Source of the DNA: a bacterium
GTDB taxonomy: Bacteria; Fidelibacterota; Fidelibacteria; Fidelibacterales; Fidelibacteraceae
Reading direction: 5' to 3'
Assembly (NCBI GenBank): GCA_963676395.1
Contig: OY781066.1
Location: forward strand, 480,001-544,000
DNA length: 64,000 nt
Position 1 is the stretch's first letter. Each line of letters begins with the position of its first letter. The position numbers were made by a program, and so were the translations under genes. Positions 43,501 through 51,460 of the stretch are shown piece by piece. The notes under the pieces are model-generated. The model made no database searches. It was given only the letters and a program-made list of their open reading frames with translations, and was not told the DNA's origin.

Positions 43501-44397
43501 AGCACAGGAATTATCGAAATCGCCGGTATAAGTAATATCGTTTTGAACATCAAAGAATGACCAGTCATCATCATACTCACCGTGTGAATCGTCCGTACCG
43601 GTTACACCGATATATGTACCACAAAGCATACCAAAGGCAACCTTAGAATAATCGGTTGTTGATGTGTTTGTAACTTCATATAACCAGAAGATAACATCAG
43701 AAGCCAGGAACTGTTGCCACTGCATACCACGAACACGCATTTCCAAACCCAGACCGTTCCTTGTAAGATCGGTTGAATCGGGTTTAAAATAATAACCGGG
43801 GAATCCCAGCCAACGACCGGAGGTATTTGAGCGATGATTGTATTCTTCATCATTATTATCATCCATCACATAAAATGATTCCTGATCGGCAGAAAAAACA
43901 TCTTTACCAAAATAACCATTCCATGCACCTCTCCAACCGGGATCTTCGGTATCATGAGCTTTGTCCGGCCAACTTAAAGGCCAGGAATTCGGATTGGTGC
44001 TCATTGCCACCTGAGTCTGGTTGGCATTAATATATCCACCTACAGGCTCAAATGTCCATAGCTGACCATCATTTGATTCTTCGGCTTGTGTACGGGGACG
44101 ATCAATCGGACAAACAACAACTGAATTGAAGGTTAAATTTGAATCAAGGGTTTCATCGTAATATGTAACTTCGGCGCCAACCATGGGCGAAATATCTCCA
44201 ATGTAACCGTTGGTATCAAAAAGCCATGCTCCGCGGGGGCCTTTTGAACTTGGTTGTCCAACTGTCCCCCAGTTTCCAAAAACAGTACGAACCAAGTTTG
44301 CGTTATGAACGGCAGAGCGGCGATATTCCGGTCCACTTTGTGCAACAGCTATAGCTACGATGAGTAGCAATATACATAATCTTTTTATTGTTTTCAT
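40537..44397 (-). CDS. 1286-aa exported protein with Asp-rich Ca-binding repeats, FN3-like domain and variant T9SS-type tail
   Basis: Signal peptide; DGIDNDGD-type repeats; PGDGKVTLYW...DFEGYKIYK...YYYAVVAYD; VVPNPY...WDLKT...GVYFYVI...KVAVIK. Confidence 0.75.
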   Translation of the reverse strand: MKTIKRLCILLLIVAIAVAQSGPEYRRSAVHNANLVRTVFGNWGTVGQPSSKGPRGAWLFDTNGYIGDISPMVGAEVTYYDETLDSNLTFNSVVVCPIDRPRTQAEESNDGQLWTFEPVGGYINANQTQVAMSTNPNSWPLSWPDKAHDTEDPGWRGAWNGYFGKDVFSADQESFYVMDDNNDEEYNHRSNTSGRWLGFPGYYFKPDSTDLTRNGLGLEMRVRGMQWQQFLASDVIFWLYEVTNTSTTDYSKVAFGMLCGTYIGVTGTDDSHGEYDDDWSFFDVQNDITYTGDFDNSCARNPKWQGPVGLVGYAFLESPGNQYDGIDNDGDNEIETNPALAFSAPKFVADDFDTIVYEIGDQVVVINEDYSRTVVTITESPQTFNTRGASITIEAGVTKLIEGNPIDEFYNMNQNAYDGIDNDLDGLIDENYIYHYRQVRLKQEADKYDVDGDGDREEMINVKLYDILNPVCYVDYITGQGVNDPMIDEKRADGIDNDGDWNMEFDDVGADGKDNTNDFGEGDGLPTAGEPNFDATDVDESDQIGLSSFNYFTPSNEYPMDDDDKLWDWLKPGYFDLPTNIQNGEPVAGEDGDFIYGSGYFPLRAGETQRFSLALVYGHDLDDLYKNRTTVQKIYDSDYRFPSPPDKPVLTAVPGDGKVTLYWNRDAEKSIDPVTKEQDFEGYKIYKATDSDFNEVYSVTNANGVVTGYKAFKQYDLDNHISGMFEPSSELFQEADGYTVNLGNNTGLQHTYVDNDVVNGKQYYYAVVAYDRGDEANDIYPSENTKFISVQPDGSIITDVNTAVVRPQPAVAGYDALNQDTKLFHDEGPASGEIAYEILDEAELSDHTYRVTFIDTKSDSLDNDEDFLVDVLDPDEYTPITTLYTIMDLTGHREIVEVDTEYVYLAKEHLIKNSILIAEVDYPNDYLDVDEFEFDTLRGRIKLIDGSAYEKGNYILNYQYYPVYESPNILGSPYSGETKDSDIFDGLQLVFANDWIIEKDEDNTFWNNTNGRQMDFSMKAFASSFGDTIMTGIPYPADFEIRFVDSTSIGYSTPQFLIDNVYSTLPSFLRPSAVETNFYLYNVTDSCVVPFIFSGGHKNSSDIYELSNGAMLSTFFYLPGDTDSLNAIYSWVITFREQGTRNKFGNGDVLSIITKKPFRNGDVFEFTTEVPEVNTDDAITSLENVQVVPNPYIVANNMEAPLPPAVTSGRGERRIEFRRLPEDAKVYLFTSAGSLVRTLNHDGDIHNGTLAWDLKTSENLDIAFGVYFYVIESSVGKKSGKVAVIK

Positions 44398-47177
44398 AAG
44401 TTTATCCTCAATCCGATCTCTATACGACGAGGTTCAGAATAGTAATATGGTGAGTTAAACAATTCCGCAATACTGATAACCGGTGTCGCAACATTCAAAG
44501 CTTCAATTCGAGCTTGATCTCCGGTAAATCCGGCGCGACCCGTATCATCATATACACCCACTTCATTCAATCTATCAAGAACATTGGTTATTCTCACAAA
44601 AACTTCAGGTGTCAAACCAAATAGATCAAAGCGATAGAAGCCGCGTAAGTTCACGTTGAATGTTGAAGGTTTACTCTCTGAATTTTCCAGTAATGAAGTA
44701 ATATCGTCTGAAGCTCTTGGCGTATATGGCAAGCCACTTCCGTAAGATGCTACAGCATTTATACCCCAAAAAGAAGTATTAAAACCACCTACAACATTCA
44801 CGGTATGTCGCTGATCCCAAGAAAGGGGAAGCAACTGAACTTCAGGATCAGATCCGCCTGACACGGCATTCATATAAGCATAAGGATCCGATGCCGTCCC
44901 TTCTGCAATTTGAAAAGTATAATCCGCACCGGCATAAAAGCCACTGGGATCACGCTGATTCAATGAGAAGGTTACACCTTTGATCACTGCAAAATCAGAG
45001 TTTACGACTTTAGAATAATATTTTGACCCACCAAAGACTTCGATCACATCGGCACGTGTACCGGTCAGATCACGAACATCTTTAAGATATACTGTCAAGT
45101 CTGCAGACAAATTAGAATTCAACTGCTGTTGTAAACCAATTTCACCAACAATGGTTTTTTCCGGTGAAAGATCGGCATTTCCGATCGTACCTTGGTGACC
45201 GGTACCACTTCCTAATTGAAATGAAGGGTTCATATATAAATAGGTATAGTTAGGTGTCTGAAAAAATTGTCCGTATGAGAAATGAAATACACCTTGTTCA
45301 GAAATCGGAAAAGAAAATCCAATTCGAGGTGAAACAGCCAATTTTGGTGTTGCATCCACATACCAATATTCGGACCTATCTTCAATACTTTTACTAGCCT
45401 CACCGGCATCCTGTACACCATTGCCATTAATATCATTAAAACGATTATCAGGTTTAATAGGATTGTAAATATCAGGATCAGAAGGATCTGCCAGGGTAAC
45501 ATAATTAGGGTTAAAGTAGTCAAAACGTACACCAACATTAACAATGAAATCCTTTAGTTCAATTTTATCTTGAATAAAAGCAGAAAATTCAACGGGACTA
45601 ACTTCAAATGAACTTGAATAAAGCGTTGTATCAGCTAATCTGGTAGGTGTAATATATGGATCATCAGAATTAAATGATTCTTCATCTGCAGCAGGTCTGT
45701 ATTCCCAACTATTATATGCTAACATATTATATTTGAACTCGGCACCCAATTTCAATTGATGTGCTTTATCCAATTGAGATGTAAAAGTAAATTTACCAAG
45801 ATGATAACCACTGTTTCGTTCATACCAATTGTTCTGAGTACCTCCGATATGCAACTGATAAGGAAAAGTATTTTGCATTTCAGGATGAACCAGTAAATTG
45901 GAATCAGCTTCTGTCAATTCAAAATGATCATAGTAATTCTTGTATAATCTATTACCGTAAGTATAGGCCAAATCAAAGAAAGTTGTTTGAGATAGCTGAT
46001 GCTGATACTTTAAAATATGTGTTTGACCTATTTGATCCTGCGTACTTAAACCATCGGGATTATACATCCAACCGCGATCAGCACTTTGGAAACGGCGATC
46101 ATCATAGATCATATTATAAGAAACACGAGCTTTATCATTGATGCGATAGATTAATTGTCCCTGTAAATAGTATTTACGATTCCAACCCATATCTACCCAT
46201 TTACCATCTCCAAGCATCGTGGTTGAATCGGTAAGTTGAATGTCATTAAATCCGACTTCTTCTCCATAAGCAATAGGGGTGTATCTATTTTGACCTTTAT
46301 GATAACCATCATAATAGATATTTCTGGCATTTAAATAATAATAGAGTTTTCCGGGAATAATGGGACCATTTAAACCAAGTTCAATATTTCTGATACCGAA
46401 AAGTTCTATTCTATTAACTCTGGGGAAAATCTCCTCATGAGATGAAATATGGTCACCAAAATACGTTTCCACATGACCACCGAAATCATCGGAACCTTGT
46501 TTTGTGGTGATATTAACAATACCGGACATCGCCTGTCCATATTCGGCATTAAAAGCCCCCGAAATAACCTGAAGCTCTTGCACCATGGAAGTGTTCACAT
46601 CAACAGTAGATGAACGATCGTATGAATCGGTCATGGGAACACCATCTATCATATACATAACTTCACCACGACGACCACCTCGCAGGGAGCCATCAACCAT
46701 CCCAGCTTGCATAGCAAGAACATCACCAACTTCGGTAACGGGTAATGATTCCATTTCTTTTGCACCAACAATAGCGGTTGTAGATGTCAAATCCTTTTGG
46801 ATCATGGGTCTTTCAGCAACAACAGTTACTTCCCCACTCTGTAGGGCCTCAACTGTCATTTCCGCATCCAGAGGTGTTGTAAAATCAACTTGAACCTCTA
46901 CATCAGTTACTTTTAGCTGTCCGTATCCGATCATCATGAAACGCAATGTGTAAGTTCCGGGGGGAACATTGATAATATAGTAGTTCCCATCAAGATCAGA
47001 AGCAGCACCTAAAATAGTTCCTTCCACGAGAATATTACACCCCGGGAGGGGATCTCCGGTCGCCTTATCGATCACCTGTCCGGATATTTTTCCGGCAGTA
47101 CCAGCAAAAAGTGCCGAAACACTAAATGCAATAATCAACAAGAACATAACCAAACGCCTAATAGTAGCTTGTTTCAT
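44394..47177 (-). CDS. TonB-dependent receptor (non-SusC type, N-terminal carboxypeptidase-regulatory-like domain)
   Basis: GKISGQVID...GYYIINVPPG-like N-domain, RGGR, SGAFNAEYGQAMSGIVNITTK, SPRIGFSFPI, PRRIEIGLRINL. Confidence 0.92.
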   Translation of the reverse strand: MKQATIRRLVMFLLIIAFSVSALFAGTAGKISGQVIDKATGDPLPGCNILVEGTILGAASDLDGNYYIINVPPGTYTLRFMMIGYGQLKVTDVEVQVDFTTPLDAEMTVEALQSGEVTVVAERPMIQKDLTSTTAIVGAKEMESLPVTEVGDVLAMQAGMVDGSLRGGRRGEVMYMIDGVPMTDSYDRSSTVDVNTSMVQELQVISGAFNAEYGQAMSGIVNITTKQGSDDFGGHVETYFGDHISSHEEIFPRVNRIELFGIRNIELGLNGPIIPGKLYYYLNARNIYYDGYHKGQNRYTPIAYGEEVGFNDIQLTDSTTMLGDGKWVDMGWNRKYYLQGQLIYRINDKARVSYNMIYDDRRFQSADRGWMYNPDGLSTQDQIGQTHILKYQHQLSQTTFFDLAYTYGNRLYKNYYDHFELTEADSNLLVHPEMQNTFPYQLHIGGTQNNWYERNSGYHLGKFTFTSQLDKAHQLKLGAEFKYNMLAYNSWEYRPAADEESFNSDDPYITPTRLADTTLYSSSFEVSPVEFSAFIQDKIELKDFIVNVGVRFDYFNPNYVTLADPSDPDIYNPIKPDNRFNDINGNGVQDAGEASKSIEDRSEYWYVDATPKLAVSPRIGFSFPISEQGVFHFSYGQFFQTPNYTYLYMNPSFQLGSGTGHQGTIGNADLSPEKTIVGEIGLQQQLNSNLSADLTVYLKDVRDLTGTRADVIEVFGGSKYYSKVVNSDFAVIKGVTFSLNQRDPSGFYAGADYTFQIAEGTASDPYAYMNAVSGGSDPEVQLLPLSWDQRHTVNVVGGFNTSFWGINAVASYGSGLPYTPRASDDITSLLENSESKPSTFNVNLRGFYRFDLFGLTPEVFVRITNVLDRLNEVGVYDDTGRAGFTGDQARIEALNVATPVISIAELFNSPYYYSEPRRIEIGLRINL

Positions 47178-47290
47178 ACTATTTCCTATGATATTTCGAT
47201 TGCATGCTTAGTTTGAGGGAAATTAAAATAGTTTCTTTAAAATACAAACATTTTTTTATACATTCTTGTTATTAAATCAGGGGATGAAAA

Positions 47291-48298
47291 ATGAAAAAGA
47301 ATATACCTTTAAGCACGATAAGACAATTTAAAACGAACGAAGAAATACGTGCCTATCTACTATTAAAGGAAAAACATCTGCGATTAACACGTGATGGGAA
47401 GCCCTATCTTGATGTAATTCTTGCAGATAGATCAGGTGCTATCATAGGTAAAATCTGGGAGCACGCCGGAGAGATCGAACCGATGATCGAGACAGGCGCT
47501 CCTGTTGGTGTCCGTGCTATCGTCGAAGATTATCGAGGTAATCGTCAACTCAATATTAAACGTATTGTACCCGTTAATGAAGAAGATTTTTCGGCTAAAG
47601 GCTTTTCCTGGGAGCTCATTTTACCTCAATCGGAGAAAAATTCTGAAAAATTGTGGAAATTTGTCGAAAAAAACATCAATAAAGTAACTGATCCCTACCT
47701 AAACAAGTTACTTCAGTTATTAATTGTTGATAATCGTAGCAAAATACTAAAACATCCTGCCTCTTTACGCTTACATCATGCCACAATGGGGGGTTTTCTG
47801 GAGCATACGGTATATATGCTTAATCTTGGACTGCATGCCGCAAAACAATACAAGTTAAATATTGACCTTATCATCACTGGGATCCTACTTCATGATATAG
47901 GAAAACTCGATGAACTTAGCGGCTATCCAAACAATATGTATACGGATGAAGGAAATTTTTTTGGACATGTTGTCATGGGATATAATATGGTAGATAGAAC
48001 AATCGAAAAGATCAAAGATTTCCCGGAAGATCTTGCGATGAAAATCAAACATATCCTCTTATCTCATCAAGGTGCTTATGAAAATCAGTCTCCCAAAAAG
48101 CCGGCGTTCCCCGAAGCACTGCTGATACATTATCTTGATGAGTTAGATGCTAGAATGGATATGATGAAAACCGCGATCAGTCAAGAACTGGATGACGGCG
48201 AATGGACCTCAATGAAAAATTATTTTAGAATACCTCTTTATAAATCGAGCAAGGAAGAAAATGAACTCAACCAAGGAAACACTAAAGAAAAATCGTAG
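47291..48298 (+). CDS. YhaM-like 3'-5' exoribonuclease (OB fold + HD domain)
   Basis: GKPYLDVILADRSGAIIGKIW, HHATMGGFLEH, LHDIGK, ILSHQG, YLDELDA. Confidence 0.88.
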   Translation: MKKNIPLSTIRQFKTNEEIRAYLLLKEKHLRLTRDGKPYLDVILADRSGAIIGKIWEHAGEIEPMIETGAPVGVRAIVEDYRGNRQLNIKRIVPVNEEDFSAKGFSWELILPQSEKNSEKLWKFVEKNINKVTDPYLNKLLQLLIVDNRSKILKHPASLRLHHATMGGFLEHTVYMLNLGLHAAKQYKLNIDLIITGILLHDIGKLDELSGYPNNMYTDEGNFFGHVVMGYNMVDRTIEKIKDFPEDLAMKIKHILLSHQGAYENQSPKKPAFPEALLIHYLDELDARMDMMKTAISQELDDGEWTSMKNYFRIPLYKSSKEENELNQGNTKEKS

Positions 48299-48845
48299 TA
48301 TTGCGGAAACCGGAATATTTTTAGCCCTTTTTCTGGGACTGGCCTATGCCTTTTCCTATGTACCGAATTTAGAATTTATAACCCTTATGGCTTTTATGAG
48401 CGGCCTGCTTTTGGGGTGGAAAAGAGGTCTATTTGTAGCTTTGATCGGTGAAGCTGTCTTTTCTATCGCCAATCCCTTTGGTTCCAGCTTGGCTTTCCCA
48501 TCCTTATTGATCGCGCAGTTAATCTCATTTGGTCTTTTTTCCATCGTTGGTGCGATCTTTAGACTTTTTGTTTTAAGATTAATGGATCGTTCTCAAGGTC
48601 TGGCAGCTACCGTATTCGGTGTAACCGGACTACTGTTAACAATCAGCTATAATGTTTTAACAACCGTATCTTATGCTTTAACCTCCGGTTTTGATCTTAA
48701 TCAAACCATTGCCAGCATTATAAGTGGTATTCCCTTTTATCTGATTAACATGATAGCTAATACCATATCATTTTCCGTAATCATTACGTTGGTACTTAAA
48801 TACGTAATTAAAAGCTATCCGCATTACCTGGAGAAAAATAAATGA
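48261..48845 (+). CDS. ECF transporter S component (CbrT-like)
   Basis: About 6 TMs; YVPNLEFITLMAFMSGLLLG, NPFG. Confidence 0.72.
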   Translation: MNSTKETLKKNRSIAETGIFLALFLGLAYAFSYVPNLEFITLMAFMSGLLLGWKRGLFVALIGEAVFSIANPFGSSLAFPSLLIAQLISFGLFSIVGAIFRLFVLRLMDRSQGLAATVFGVTGLLLTISYNVLTTVSYALTSGFDLNQTIASIISGIPFYLINMIANTISFSVIITLVLKYVIKSYPHYLEKNK

Positions 48846-50269
48846 AAAAATTCCTTTTCCTTTTAATTCTTATTTGTTCTTTTTCCTTCGCTTATGAATT
48901 AAGCCTTGGCGGTTTAGGCTCTTCCACGGTCTTTGATTATGAAGCCAGAGAGTCCTTATTGGTATATCCAAAATCTTGGCTTAAGCCACACCCGGAATTA
49001 CTTCACTATAACTACCAGGATTCTTCATGGACAAAAGCTCAATGGAAACAGATCTTTGGCTTGGATAGAAGCAGTTCAAGTTATGTCTTGCTCCAATATA
49101 GTCCATTTTCTTTTCCTCATCGTTGGAATACCGGAGTCCAATTTACCAATTACAAAGGGGCCAACCCGATAAATAGAAGTGCCGCAGTATTTCATTTTAA
49201 ACATAAGCACGGAGATATTGAGTACTATTTTAATAATAATGACCAAAAGATTAACCTATTAAACAGAACAAACATTAATTATCGCCTTAAAACCAATTCT
49301 CTAAAATTTAAACTTAATCTAAATGACAAATTTGATCTTAATGGTGGCATTAACCTGAATTTTATTGAGCAAGAAGACGATAGCGTGCGAAATTATGATA
49401 TTCACCATGAACAGATAGCACTAAGCTACAAAGCTAATAATGCCCTTAAAGCCTATGGAAAGTTCCACTATTGGTATTGGGTGAATGAAGACAGGCAAGA
49501 TCCGGCTTGGCTTTTTTATCCCGGCCTTAAATATAGCGGAAAAAATTATAGTGCCGAAGCTATGCTCCGTATTGCCAGTACTTCGGTAAAACCAATAATC
49601 ATTTTATCATGTTTTGATGATTATTTTTACGCACAAGCCTATACAAAAGTAAGATCAAGTCGATTGGCACTTTTCCAATCGCCAGAACGTTATATAGGTG
49701 CCAATATGGGATTAAAATACAAGAAAAATGATTTCGATATTGATATTCAATACTCAACCTCGGTAAATTATGCTTTACCTCATGTTATGACTCCTCATAT
49801 AAATGATCATTCCAAATTTACCGCAAAAATGGGCATGAAAATTAATAATATTGATCTCTATTATCATGCATCATATAATAATATTAAAAATCCCCTGACC
49901 GGTTTTTACCATCCTGAACGAGCGGTTTTAACGCCGGGACTCAAATTTATTACTCCCGTAGCCAAAGGCAATCTTCTACTCTACGGTGATGTCAATGCAA
50001 AATACATTGTGCACGAACATCCTGACAATGTCAGTTTTGATCCCGTTACTCTATGCTATTCTTTAAACGGGGAAAGTCAGCTGGTAAATGACTGGATTTT
50101 TAACTTTTCATTAAAAGCCAAGGTCTCAACAGTTATATTATCAGCGGAGATCACCCTACCGTTCAATACCGAAAAAGCAAGCTTTGATTATTTTTGGACC
50201 AGCTCTGATCTGCAGTATGGTCATGGCGCATACGCCGGATTGGATATAGAATGGTTTTGGTGGAAATAA
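48842..50269 (+). CDS. Putative outer-membrane beta-barrel protein
   Basis: Signal peptide, alternating aromatic/hydrophobic strands, terminal GLDIEWFWWK; ATGA-coupled to the S component. Confidence 0.6.
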   Translation: MKKFLFLLILICSFSFAYELSLGGLGSSTVFDYEARESLLVYPKSWLKPHPELLHYNYQDSSWTKAQWKQIFGLDRSSSSYVLLQYSPFSFPHRWNTGVQFTNYKGANPINRSAAVFHFKHKHGDIEYYFNNNDQKINLLNRTNINYRLKTNSLKFKLNLNDKFDLNGGINLNFIEQEDDSVRNYDIHHEQIALSYKANNALKAYGKFHYWYWVNEDRQDPAWLFYPGLKYSGKNYSAEAMLRIASTSVKPIIILSCFDDYFYAQAYTKVRSSRLALFQSPERYIGANMGLKYKKNDFDIDIQYSTSVNYALPHVMTPHINDHSKFTAKMGMKINNIDLYYHASYNNIKNPLTGFYHPERAVLTPGLKFITPVAKGNLLLYGDVNAKYIVHEHPDNVSFDPVTLCYSLNGESQLVNDWIFNFSLKAKVSTVILSAEITLPFNTEKASFDYFWTSSDLQYGHGAYAGLDIEWFWWK

Positions 50270-50330
50270 ACTCTCGCTTTGATATGAAGGCATAAAAAAT
50301 AAAGTAGAAATAATAAGTAAATTTATATAA

Positions 50331-50361
50331 ATGCACCCGGCAAAATATGGGTGTATTTTTT
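50331..50361 (+). terminator. Intrinsic terminator
   Basis: ATGCACCC...GGGTGTAT-TTTTT. Confidence 0.6.
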
Positions 50362-50417
50362 ATTTAGGAAACATTTTTTATCTTTCTCGATCATAGTTTT
50401 TCCATTATTTTCACAGC

Positions 50418-51308
50418 ATGACAAAAAGTAAACTTTTCACCACCCTGCTTATTATCAACCAGGCAATTCTTATCGCCTTTACCAATATTGCTTCCAAACA
50501 AGCAGCTATGGAAATTGATCCTTTTGTGATCTCTTTCTTCCGTTATGTGATCGGTGTTTCTGCTTTGGGTTTGATCGTATTGATCAAAGGTTCTAAAATA
50601 AAAATAGACTGGTCAGACTGGAAGCAATTGCTCTTTTTAATGTTTTGCGGCATGATCTTTAATCAACTGCTCTTTGCTCAGGCATTAGCATTTACCATCC
50701 CCTCTCACCCACCTTTAATTTATGCGCTGACACCAATTGTAATTATTATGATCGATATTATCCGGCATAAGAAAATAGCCTCAAAGCAGATCATTCTGGC
50801 CTCCATGCTTTCCTTGATCGGTGTGGGAATAGTCATGGGCAAAAACATTCTCATCTTTAACTCCTCCATACTTTTGGGAGACGCACTGGTTTTTCTTGCT
50901 ATGATCTGCTGGTCTTTTTATACGGCTTTCAGTAAAAAGATGATTCATAAATATGGTGCTCTGGAATTATTATTGATCCTGCTAACAGGTGCTATGATCC
51001 TCTATATGCCATGGGGCATACATCGCACCATTCAGGCAGATTTAAGCTTGATCACGCCCAAAGGCTGGCTAAGTATTATTTATTTAGGAGCTTTTAGCTC
51101 CGGTATGGCCTACTTAAATTATTTTCTCGTCCTAAAAAGAATTGATCCGGCACAAACGGGCTTGATCATCACTCTACATCCACCTGTAACCATCCTTCTC
51201 TCAATCTTATTCGGATACGAGCATTTCCAATGGCATCTTATTAGTGGAACTATACTGGTTATTTTGGCATTGTGGATATCGCAGAGAACACAAAGCAGTA
51301 GACAGTAG
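50418..51308 (+). CDS. DMT/EamA-family transporter
   Basis: 10 TMs in two repeats; FFRY, LLGDALVFLAMICWSFY, YLGAFSSGMAY. Confidence 0.9.
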   Translation: MTKSKLFTTLLIINQAILIAFTNIASKQAAMEIDPFVISFFRYVIGVSALGLIVLIKGSKIKIDWSDWKQLLFLMFCGMIFNQLLFAQALAFTIPSHPPLIYALTPIVIIMIDIIRHKKIASKQIILASMLSLIGVGIVMGKNILIFNSSILLGDALVFLAMICWSFYTAFSKKMIHKYGALELLLILLTGAMILYMPWGIHRTIQADLSLITPKGWLSIIYLGAFSSGMAYLNYFLVLKRIDPAQTGLIITLHPPVTILLSILFGYEHFQWHLISGTILVILALWISQRTQSSRQ

Positions 51309-51410
51309 AAAATAGAAAATAATATTATTTTAGGGCTTAATGGTAAAAATGAGGGACTAAAAAGATGTCCCAAATTGTGTACATCTTAAAGTTTTCACGT
51401 TCAATTAAAA

Positions 51411-51436
51411 TAGCCTTGGATTTAACCCAAGGCTAC
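51411..51436. terminator. Palindrome/terminator between convergent genes (GTAG-headed)
   Basis: TAGCCTTGG-ATTTAAC-CCAAGGCTA-C. Confidence 0.6.
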
Positions 51437-51460
51437 GCATTTTTAATCCTAAATTCTTAA

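Noticed and set aside
47291..48298. HD nuclease as a defence-system (Cas3''/CBASS-type) component
   Set aside because: OB+HD architecture fits housekeeping YhaM; no defence genes nearby
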